A stretch of 64,000 bases of DNA. Source: Vicugna vicugna (lineage: Eukaryota). Location of the stretch: contig MU058714.1 of assembly GCA_013265495.1 (NCBI GenBank), positions 620,001-684,000 on the forward strand, written 5' to 3'. This document shows, piece by piece, positions 1-11,600 of this stretch (within the stretch, counting starts at the first letter, position 1; every line of letters starts with the position of its first letter). The notes under the pieces were generated by a model, which saw only the letters and a program-made list of their open reading frames with translations, was not told the origin of the DNA and ran no database searches. The translations under genes were made by a program, and so were the position numbers.

Positions 1-1583
1 ACGCCCCACGTTTTCTTAGCACTGACTCTCCCTTCCTGGCATCACAAAATATTGTAGGAGCATCTCGTAGCCGCCCGGCCCCAGCTCCAGGGTCAGCCCT
101 TTCTTGGAGGGGCCCTGCTCCTGCTGGAGACCACGATCTGGGCTCTAGGTGAGCTCACTGCTCCTGGGTGTCTTTGCTCCTTTGCCCTTTCAGTAGGCAG
201 AGCTAAGAACGTGCATGTGAATACCCAGGTGCACATGCGTGTGCAGACGCGCGCACACGCAGGTGTGTGCCAGCACCCACGTGCAGACACGTATTTTAGA
301 AATCGTGAGTTCACACCCAAACCTCTAATTACAGCCACTCCCCCAGGGTTTCTCCTCGCCGCCCCGTTCCGTACGTGTGCTCCTTCCCCGGTGAGAGCCC
401 TGGCTCCCGCAACACGGGCACGGTCCTCGCCTGCCCAGCCCTATGGCACCTCTGAAATAGTGTCAGTCGCTTTGCCCACACCGGTAAAATAGACAAAACT
501 CGGGTTTGCAGTTCTCCCCCTGCTGCCACCCAAGCCTGCCCCAGGCTCAGGATCTGTGGTTAAAGGCTGTGTTCATGAGTTACTGTACATGCCCTGCCTT
601 CTCCCTCTCCCCCTTCATTGTGGTTATGGTAATAGCTGGAAATGTAACGAGGTTCAGCTGTTTGAGTTACTTTCAGTGTTAGGTCTCCCCCTTCCCTTTT
701 TGCTTTTTGAATCTGGAGACCGTGGCATGCTGAATCCTGGCAGCCCGTAGCAGGAACGCAGGAACGGCTTATGGAAAGGAACTAGGTGTCAGGAGGGGAG
801 AGCGCGAGCACAGGGGTTCTTCCTTCTCCACTTGACCCAGGCCCCAGTGTGCGTGCTGGGCTCTTCCCCGACACCCACGCTTCCTGGCTCTGCCTCTGGG
901 GAAATGCCCTCTCCCCAGGGCCACCACACCTGTACGCGGAGAGGCCGGGTCCACTGGCTCGAGGTCCAAGTTTCTCTTGGACCACTACCCAGCAGAGCTG
1001 AGGCCGCAGGTCCTCACCAGGTGGTCTCCGGAGCCCACGGCCCTGGGCACGCAGCCTGCTGGGTGCGAGGTGGCCCTCATTAGCACGTGAATTGCAGGTG
1101 TGTCCGAGTAGACCGGGTCCTGTGCTCCCAGGCACCTAGGCTCCATCTGACTTGCCTTCCCCTTCTTTTACTTACTGATTTTCATGAACCCACGTTCCCT
1201 TCACCTGACCTGTTTAGCAAAATGTTGGAAGGCAGAGAAGCCAGGGCCGTGCTGGAGGAGGCTTACTGGCCGTTCACCCAGCTGCAAGGACCGTCAGGTC
1301 CAAGAGCTGGTAGCCCGGGCTCCTTGTTCTATTCCTGGGGACCCTAGGCCAGTGACTTAACCCCTGCACCTCATCTATAAAATAAAGCCAAAATGCTTTT
1401 CTCCCCCCGGCAGGGGTTAGGACTATTATAGGTAAAACCCGTTCATGGATTTTGAAATCTCAGGAGAGGGACCTCTTTGAGTACGAACAGCAGCATCCTT
1501 AAGGAGAAAGGTTGCAAACAGACGTGATGCTGGTCTGGTGGAGAGTCAGCAGTGACACCCTTCCTCGCGCCTCCTCCCTGCAG

Positions 1584-1751
1584 CTGTATCTGATCAAGCA
1601 AGAGCTGCAGCGGGAGAAGATGTCTTCTTCCTGTGAGCGGGAGTCTCGAGAGCGGTCGCTGAAGATGGCGAGCGGCCTGGAGCCTGAAGACGAGGAGCTG
1701 AGCCGCCTGAAAGAGGAGAACGAGAGACTCCGCTCCCTGACGTTCAGCCTG
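1584..1751 (+). CDS. CARD14: CARD14 exon, coiled coil (LYLIKQELQ...RSLTFSL)
   Basis: cag| acceptor, |gtgggt donor, 168 nt. Confidence 0.92.
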
Positions 1752-4700
1752 GTGGGTCCTGGTCCCCTCGAGACGCATCCCCCCGCCCTGGTCCCCCTGA
1801 GGCTCAGCCCCCTGCCCTGGTCCCCCCAAGACTCGGCTCCCCACCCCGGCACCCTGCTGAGACTCAGCTTCCTGCCTTGGTCCCCCCAAGGTCAGCTTCC
1901 CGCCCAGCAGGGACTGTCCTTGGCCTCAGCCTGTGGCCTCCACACTGTGGATGGCTGACAGGTGGTGCCGTTGAGGTGTGGAGAAGGACTGGGTGAGATG
2001 AAACCCAGTGACTCACCCCCACTGCTCCTTCTCACGTCCCTCCGTCCTGCTCTCCCCCGGCCCCGAACGTTGGGAGAACCCACAGCTATTGCAGACGTAC
2101 TCAGAAGCCTCCCTCAGCTGGTTTGCTGCCGTGTTGTTTTCGAGTAGATGGGGCTGGTTATAAAGGATGAGATTAGCTGTAAGGGTGTGTGTGTGGGTGG
2201 GGGGCGGAAGGGAACCTTTCTGCCTGAAAAATATTCTGTCGTCCTGCCCGTACGGGCACAGGGGTGTGGGGATCGTAGGATGCAGAGAATTTAGTGACCG
2301 AAGCCCTGGAATTATGCAAAACCTCTGCCTCTCCTCTTCAGTCCCTTTCAATCAATAAGTATCTATTTCTTGAGCTGGTCCTTCAATAGACATTCACGGG
2401 GTGCGGGGCAGCCCGCCACCCTGGCACTGCCGTCACAAGGCCTGGGCTGGGCCATCGTTCATAAAAGTGGGCGTGAGAACTGAATGACATGCTGCTGGCG
2501 TTCCCGCTGCTGGAAGCTCCGGGGGTGGACTTGTCAAAGGAGCGGGCAGAAACTGCCTAGAGGGAGGAGGTGCGGCGCCCCCCTTGGCGGCTCTCAGCCG
2601 TCTCTGCTCCGTGCCCTCGCCACGCGCGTGTGCGGTGGAAATGCACATGCCCCATCCCGGTTGCTGAGCTTGCCTTTTCTCCTGCCTGCCGTTCAACAAT
2701 AAGGCTAAACCCACCCACACGCCCAGCCTCGAAGCTTCCTGCCTCCTACCCTCAGGATGGGGTGCCACGGTGCTCCTTCAGGGCCAGGCCTCTGGGGAGG
2801 TCCGGGCCCCTGGGCTGACCTGTCCTTGCACCAGGCGGAGAAGGACATTCTGGAGCAGAACCTGGATGAGGCCCTGGAGAGCAGGCAGGAGCTGGTGGAC
2901 CGCATTCACTCTCTGCGGGAGCGGGCCGTGGCCGCCGAGAGACAGCGCAAGCAGGTAAGCCTCCGGGCCGTGCGTAGGGCCGGGACTGCCCGTCAGGGCG
3001 GGGCGGGGAAGCAGATTCTTTAATCCACATGGAGCTTAAAACCAACTTTGCCTAATGAAAGTGTTGGCCCATTTGTTTATTCCTCCATCAAAGCCGTACT
3101 GTCACAGTCTGAGATTAGAGGTCACGTCTACTTGCGGGGTGGTCAGAAGACAGGCCATGCAGACACGTGATTAAAGCACAGAGTGATTTCAAGTGTGTGG
3201 CGCCCCCGGAGGCGAGCCGGAGGTTGATTTAGTTGCTATAAAAGGCGCAGGGAGGACAAGGAGAAAGAAGACGGTGGAAGAGAATGCGGCAGGAGGAGGG
3301 AAATTATTTATGGGTTTGGGACGTGGAATAAATAAGACACAGTTAGGCGTGCAGCGCCCGTGTGCACTCAGCGCAGCAGCTCTGTAGATGCGCCGGAAAT
3401 CTAGCACTTAGGAAGCGAGCATGAATTCGCCTAAGTTCCCTCTAGAGCCTCTCCCACCCTCTCCCTGAGGCCCCCACCGCACCTGTCCTCAGTCCCCTCC
3501 CCAGAGCCACTGACCTCCGTGGGCCGGCCCTGTCCCCCTCTGCCCAGTACTGGGAGGAGAAGGAGCAGACCCTGCTCCAGTTCCAGAAGACGCAGGTGGA
3601 CTGTGAGATCTACAAGGAGAGGCTGGGCGCCCTGCAGAGCCACGTGGTCGAGCTGCAGAAGGAGCGGGACCAGGTACCGGGAGAGGCGTGGCTCCGAGAG
3701 CAGCAGGTGCCACCCCTGCACGCCTCGGCTTGGAAGGGCCCTCTGGGCGTGGCCGAAGGCTGGCCAGCAGGGTCAGCCGCCCTCCATGGCAGCTGGTTCC
3801 AGACTTGGGGTCTCTCTCCTTGGTCCCGGGGAGGTTTCTTAACTCCCTGCGGCTGCCGTCTGGTGCCACGCTCACTGTACACCACCCTCCCACCTTCCTT
3901 TCCGGCACAGGGTGTTCGTGTGCACCCCACCCACCGTGTGTACTAAAGCCGCACAGTTTACATGAAGAGAGCGTCGGAGTCCAGGATAAACGTGGGCCAG
4001 AAACGGGGGCCCTCTGGCTGGACTCCTGCATTGTGGTGGCCCCTCCGCTCTGGACATTAGCTCTGTCTCTGCCCGCAGGCTTACTTGGCGAGGGACGGAG
4101 CCCAAGTGGAGATTTCTCAGAGCCTGACGGAGAAGGACGCCCTCCGCAGGAAGGTGTTTGAGCTGACGGACCAGGTCTGCCGGCTGCGCCAGCAGCTGCA
4201 GGCCAAGTCGCTGCCGCCCGGGGTGAGTGCCGCCAGCCGAGAGCGGGGACACGGACGTGCTCGGAGCGGGACGGAGCTGGCCACCGGGCCCAGCTGGCAC
4301 CACCGGGTCCAACTGCAAACACCGCGCGGGCTCCGGTGAGCGGCCCGTGTGGCCGGATGTTGACGGGGCCCAGCTGGGCAGGCTGCGTCTGCTCCTGCAC
4401 CTCTTTTATGATAACAGTGTGCACCTCATAGAAGGGGCAGCTTAACAGAAGGTTCTGGAGCCTGTAAAGGGTGGTGTTTGATGAAGAAAGAAAGCATAGG
4501 AAGCTGTACAGGCAGCACTTACTCTGGGGGTGAAGCCTCCGTGGGAGGCTTGCAAGTCAGTTATCTGAGCGCCGGGTGACAGACGCGCGGTGTGGAGGTC
4601 TGCGTCTGCCCGGAGCTGACACGGCTGTAAGGCCTCTAATTAAAGCCTCGTCAGCAACGCAGCTCCGGGCAGCCTGGCAGGCGGGCAACACTCTTCAGAG

Positions 4701-7700
4701 GTGCCCGGGACCCGGGTGGGAGGCACAGCCAGACCCTCCCCTCCCCATGCAGCTGCCCCCGCCCTCCCTCCCCCCTCACCACAGCAGCCACGTTCACAAA
4801 ATACATTACGCGCGTAAGAAGGACTGACGGACGGGCAGCAAGCTGCTAGCCGTGCCGTCTCTGCGTGTGGGAGGACGAGCCCACTTTGTTTTCTTCTCCA
4901 GTCGCCTCCCCGCCGCGGCAGTCTGCATAGACGTGTTATACGTTAAGTGTGTGCCATCTGTCTAACCAGGAGAGAATAACAGATATCACCCAAAAGGAGC
5001 GAAGTGCAGGCGCCAAGCCGCTTGCTCTGTGTACCCGTGGTCAGTGCCTGCAATGCCGGGCTCCCAGGCCAGGAGGAGGAGACATCCCTGTTTTGTCTGG
5101 AAGCCAATGAAAGGAAGCCTCCTGCTGGCTGGAGGCTGGAGATGGGGGTTAGGGCTTGGTAGAAACCCCAAGGGCATCCAGAGGACGTTCCCTGAACTAA
5201 CCAGCCGTGTGGCTGTCTCTGGCAGCCCAAGCAGGAGGCGGGGCCCAGGGAGCCCTGTCCGAAGGGGAAGCAGCGGCTGACGCGCACGTTTGCCCTCTGC
5301 CCGCGGGACGACGGCAGCCCCTCTGAGGTAAGGCCAGTGCCTCTGGTGCCACGGGCAGGGCCCGGACCAGGTGCACCCTCGTCTCTTGGGGCAGAAGGGG
5401 GCCTGGCACATGGCAGATGCTAAAGAGATGCCTATTAAGTGAACGGAGGGGCTACACTCAGATCCACACTGCACACCTGCGTCCTCCAGCACCACGCACT
5501 GCTCTTGCACGTTTACACGCTGCCAGCACGTGACTTGGCTTCTCGGGGCGTCGGTTGCTGTATGTGTGAAGTGGGAGACCATATACACCACCGTGTAGAT
5601 TTATCATGAGACCTAAGCGATGGAAGATACAGAACGCAGCTAATAGCCTGGCACATAGTAGGTGCTCAATTATTGTGGCCTGGCTCTGTGCTCCTCCCTC
5701 CCCTCGTCTCACTGCCTCTGTCCTGTCAGGGGGAGGCTGTGGCTTGTTATGACTCCCCTTACACACTGGGGCAGCCGGGAGGTGTCCTGGGTGGTCCCCG
5801 TCTGAGCCCCATGCTGACCTCTGCTCCTACCTCCTGCAATCTCAGCTCTGCTCCGACCTGAGCGCCACGTCCAGCCGCGAGCTGGTGGACAGCTTCCGCT
5901 CCAGTAGCCCCGTGCCTCCCAGCCAGCAGTCCCTATACAAGCGGGCCGCGGAGGACTTCCGGGAAGACCCCTGGTCTTTCAGGTAGAACAGGACTGGTAA
6001 TGGGGTCCCATGACTCGGGCCCCCTGGCAGCCCACTGGGGTGCTGACTTCCATCTTCTTATGTGTTGTAGCAGCTGCCCGGAAATCCTGGAGGTAGACCA
6101 GGGGAGCTGCCTGGGTGCCAAGGTGGACGACGCTGACCTGGACTATGAGATTGTAGACCAGGCAGGTGAGTGCACCCCCAGCCTCTGCAGCCACTTACCT
6201 CCCCTGGGCTGGGGATCTTCAGGGAGGTGGGTGAGGCACCTCAGGCTCTCCAGGGGATGGGCAGAGAGGAGTGAACTTGACTGCTGCCCTGCCCGGGCCT
6301 GTGGCAAAATCCAGGCTGCCTGCCAGCTCAGACCAGTGTCCAGATACCCTCTGTTTACTGGGTGTGCTTTTGTTTCTCCCCGGAGGCCAGGGGAGTTGCA
6401 TTCACCTCCATGTCCAGCTCAGTATTGATATTCAGCAGCTCCAGGCACGTGTGTCCTCTCTCTGTCCCTCCCTGCTCTGACCCGTGGACACTTGGGCCTC
6501 CTAGTGACATCAGAGGGCATCGGGCTTCTGAGCTCACCACTCCTGGCCGAGGTGCCTGCTTCTGACCTGAGTAGTCCTCCCTCCTGAGACCTGCCGTCTC
6601 TCCCATGGCTTAGTCCTCATGCTTCTGACCTGAGTGGTCCTCCCTCCTGAGACCTGCCATCTCTCCCGCGGCTTAGTCCTCATGCTTCTGACTCGAGTGG
6701 TCCTCCCTCCTGAGACCTGCCATCTCTCCTGCGGCTTAGTCCTCATGCTTCTGACTTGAGTGGTCCTCCCTCCTTCTCAAGGCTTGGGCCCCACATGGGC
6801 AGCCCCTTTGCTTTCCCCCCCACCCCCACACATCTGCCCCAGCCTTGGGCCTTGCACACAGTAGGCTCTTAGCTCCTGTCTGGATTTCACCCCACGGCTG
6901 GCAGGGGGCACGAGTACCCCATACTGTTCTGCGTGGTGGCGCCTTTAGGGCCGAGGCCTGAGGCTTTTTGTGGGTCACATGAGCAGAAACCTTACCTCTC
7001 CCAAATTCATTGCCATTTTATTTATAACTGGAATCAACGGAGAGGATCCGCCCAAGGCAGAACTGACCTGAATGTGAGATCAGGAGCAGGGAAGTCGTTG
7101 CTCTTTATTGTCCTTTGTCGTGATTCTGTGTAATGTCCTGATTCACATGCTTTTAGTGGAACTGACCTCAAGTACGTCAGGAACATATAATTTCACTCGG
7201 CTTTGAATGTAAGCACGAGTGGACATGTGCCTGTGAGCTGGGCGCAGGCTGCCGGCCCCTGGTCCTCGGGAGCAGCTCGGGAGGTGAGGAGGGGAGCCTC
7301 ACCTGCAGGAAGGCTGATGCCTCACAGGCCACATACAGGCCTAGATGAGACCCTGGGGCCTCTAGTCCTGGGACTGCTAACTGAGGGGCCTGCCACAGCC
7401 AGCTAGGCGGCAGTGTGGCCTGGGGCGTGCTGGCGATGGCTGCCACACAGAAGTAGGGACCCAGGGCTACACTTGATTTGATTTTTCAAGTGAAGCCAGA
7501 AATCCACGCTCCAGATTCCCTGTCTTATAAAATGTTGGCAACTCATTCGAATATCGCAAAGGGACGCGATGTAGGTCAGACCCTGGCAGGTGCAACTCTT
7601 CATGGGCTACTCCTGCTCTGAGGGAGGTGAGTCAGGATTCTAGACATCAAGGAAGGGAGGCGGAGGAGAAGGTTCAGCTTCCCTGAAAGGACAGGTAGGG

Positions 7701-8642
7701 GGTGCTCGTGGCTGGGGGTGGGCACTGGAGCTACACAGGTGAGCCGAAGCTCCGTCAGGAGTAGGGAGACCTGGGGGGCCAACCTGGCTCCGTGTCTAAG
7801 CCCAGCTTCCTCCTAGACCTTCCGGAGTCTGAAAACAGCCTGCAGCCGTCCTCTGGGGACCCCTGCCTCTCCGCCAGGTGAGCAGAGGGTGGGGGCCAGG
7901 GCCAGCAGGTGGCAGAGCAGAGCAAGGGCTGTGTTCCATCACTGTTGGGAGGTGACAGCCTTTCTGAGGATGAGGTCAAGGAGGGGGAAGGAAAATTCCA
8001 GAATGCTGGGCTAGAGGGCCAATGGGGAGGCGGCCTGGCCCGACTGCCTGGCCCCACTCCTGCACTGGGCCTTGTGAGCTCGTACCCCTCCCCTCCCACA
8101 GCAGCGTCCCGGTGCGGCGGAGGCTGGCTCGCAAGATCCTGAGCCAGGTCACGGTGCTGGCCTTCCAGGGGGATGCACTGCTGGAGCAGATAAGCGTCAT
8201 TGGTGGGAACCTCACAGGCATCTTCATTCACCGGGTCACACCAGGCTCCGCGGCCGACCAGATGGCCTTGCGCCCTGGCACCCAGATCACGATGGTGAGT
8301 GCTCCCTGGAGCCCGGCATCCTCTCAGGGGCGGTAGCGGCAGCCGCAGACCCAGCTTGATGAAGGTGTGTTGTCGGCGTGGCCCGAGCTCCTTCTCGGGC
8401 TGATGGAAAGCAGAGCGTCACACCCACTTAGAGGAGAGCCCCAGGGACTCTCGCCAGGCCCATGCACCCTCCTGTAGGCCGACGTCCTTGGGCCCGGAGG
8501 GTGGACTTGCGAGCCGAGCAAGGCTGGGCCGGCGCGTTGAGAGGGCTGTGGGCTGCGGCAGTCTTGACCCAGGGATCTTTCGACAAAGGCCGTGTACGAT
8601 TCTGATGGGGGCTTTTCTTTTAAACTGTAAACTGTTCACTGT

Positions 8643-8680
<38 letters not shown>

Positions 8681-11600
8681 AGACACATAACAAAACTCAC
8701 AATTTTAACTATTGGGGGCATTTTACAACTTTTTTATTGTAAAATATTCATTAAATTGTAGAAAACCTAAGTGTACAACTTAACTAATTATAGTATTAAG
8801 CAGACACATGGACAGGGAGGTGACTTTGATGGAGCCGAAAAGCAGAATCATTAAACTTCAAGCTTCTAAGAATAGAAAAATGAGCAAACAGACGTCACCC
8901 ATTCCTGAGGCCCGACCGGGGGGTGGGGTGTAGGGCATGAAGGTGAGTGCTGGGTGGACAGGGAGGGGCTGTGCCCCGGTCAGGAGTCCTGCGAACCCCA
9001 CAGCTTCCCCCTTGCTGTCCATGTGCCAAGCCGAGTTCTTGAATGGTCACATGTGAAGTTCCTGATGTGAGTGTCACCCGGTAGGTAGTCTGACCCCCCC
9101 CCACCGCCCCACGACACAGGCCCCTCGTCACGTTTCTGAGAGTCCTAGAGGTTCGCGATTATCAGCTCACGTTGTGGTTACAGCAACGGAGCCCCTTTAT
9201 GAGACAGTCCTGATATCCCAATGGGGCCAGTTCGGTTCTAACGGTGTTAGAAACACATTTTTTTCTCATAAAAACATGTACTCTCCTAAACTGAAACACC
9301 ACCAGGAACAAGTGAGTGGACGAGAGCCCCGTGGGTTTCACAGCTGGGGACGTGGTGGCCTGAGGGGTGCCCTGGCAGCTGGTGCCTGGAGGCCAGGGAT
9401 GCCACAAAACATCCTGCAGGGCCCAGGGTGGCCCCAGATGTCAGTAGTCCCAGGCTGAACGCTGCTCTGGAACGGAGCATGTCATAGGGCAGGAACTCGG
9501 GGCGCAGGGGCCATCTCAGTACACGATCTCTGGCGGAAGGTGTGTAGCCTGGAGGCGCCGCACCAAGACATCCCGACGCCGGGCGGGTGACGGATGAAGG
9601 CTCTGAGGGCGCGTGGGGGTGTCCGGGAAGGAGTGGGTCTCCTGCAGGGCACACGCCTACGCTCAGACTGTGGCTGCAGAACCGTGATCAAAGCAGTGAC
9701 CCTCGAGATTTGCCCTCAGGTGGAAACGGAGCCCTTGTCCAAGGTCGTCCTGGAGGGCATGACCCTGGAGCGAGCCGTCAGACTTCTCCAGAGGGTGAAC
9801 GGCTTCTGCTGCCTGTCTGTGAAGGTCAACATGGAAGGTACACAGTCCTCAGCCCCCTCCCCTTCCCCTAGAGACCACCAATGCCAAGGCTCCCTGCACA
9901 TTCCAGATCCAGGCTGGGTCCCGAGTCTGCAGAAGCTCTCGGGGCAGAACCATCCTCTCGGGGGATCCGGCCCCAGGGTTACCTGTCCTCATGTCCTCTT
10001 TGATCAGGTTATAAGAAGCTGGTCCAGGACATGGAGGCCAAAGTGGCCACGTCAGGGGACTCCTTCTACATCCGGGTCAACCTGGCCATGGAGGGGCGGG
10101 CAGAGGGGGAGCTGCAGGTGCACTGCAACGACGTCCTGCACATCACGGACACGCTGTTCCAGGGGGGCAGCTGCTGGCATGCCCACCGCGTCAGCCCCCA
10201 ATGTACCAAGGGCACCGAACATGGCTCTGTCCCCAACTACACGAGGTGAGTGGCCATCGTGGGCCCCACCCCTTCCCCCAGAGGGGTGGCTCTGTGTGGT
10301 CTCACTTAGCATGGGGGTCCCCTCCTGCCCGGGAGGGACAGCCTTCCTGAGGCTCCCTCCACTGCCCAGGGGTAGAGGGTGGGGTGCCTCAAAGAAGTGG
10401 AATGCCACGTTCACTGCTTAGACGGGGCTTTGTGAGAAGGGATGGACCTCAGTCCCAGAGCACTCTAGAGCATTCAGGACCAGTTTCTCTCCCTCAGCAG
10501 TACTGACATTTGGAGCTGGCTCACTCTTCGTCCTGGGGGGCCGTCCAGGTCACTGCAGGATGTTGAGTGGCATCCTGGCCCCCACCCACTGGGTGCCAGT
10601 AGTGCCCCTCGCCCCAGGTGTGACAACCAGTGATGTCTCCAGTGCACCCTGGGGGTAGGTGACCCATCGAGCTGGTGTGTCCAGGGCTGTCTTGATTTTA
10701 GCACAGAAAACCCCATATCCCGGGCAACCCCGAGTCTTGGGCCAGCCGGGCCAGCCGGCGCCCTCCTGGGAGCAGCGTCTCCCCCACGCAGAACCACGTT
10801 CTGGATCCGCCATGGGGCTCAGAGCGCAGTGTCTTGTCCGGCTCAGTACAGATTTTGTCACCTGGAGGTCAGACTCAGCGGGGGCAGGGAGAGGCCTGAG
10901 ACTGCATTTCCAGCACGGTCTCTGGGTGATGCCAGGCTGAAGTCCACAGGCCACACCGGGAGAAGTGAGGTTCTGGAGCACTGGCCTCCGGCCTGCTCAC
11001 ACTGCGTCAGCCAGGTCCCACCTCAGGACAACTCAGCTAGCATCTCCAGGGTTGGGTGGATGCTCTGCAGGTTTTTACAAGCCCAGAGGGCTGTAGTGGC
11101 CTCTGGGGAGGATAACTATGGCCTGTGCAGGGGGGTGTCCTGGCACACTGGGCCAGGGCGTCCTCTCCCGCCCAGCCCTCCCCACGGCCGGGCCGGGGCG
11201 TCCTCTCCTGCCCAGCCCTCCCTGAAGCTGGGCCGGGGCGTCCTCCTCTGTGCAGAGCCCAGCAGCTGCTCATCGGCCTCATCCAGGACATGGCTCATCA
11301 GAGCACCATCGCCCGCAAGGTGAGGCAGCAAGCTCACCCGGCCAGCCCAGATCCTGGATGCCAGGTCCCACTCGGGTGGGCCTTGCCTCTCTCCCATGGC
11401 CTTCCTCCTCCCCAGGCTCACATCATCTGGACGCAGGGGCCCAGTCGACCCTGCCTTCCACTCAGAGGGTCCCACCTGGGGTGGGCTGGAAGACAGGCAC
11501 AGCCTGGAGGTCCAGGGACCACCCTGGGATTGCTGGGGGTGGGGTACCAGGCCCCCAGCCCTGTGTGGACGTCCCTTCTCCCCCATCCAGCAGCCTTCTG

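Noticed and set aside
3489..4424. 311-aa - strand ORF
   Set aside because: Antisense to CARD14 exons in GC-rich sequence; no domain features
6557..6774. Regularly spaced repeats resembling a CRISPR array
   Set aside because: No unique spacers, whole unit repeats, eukaryotic intron, no cas genes
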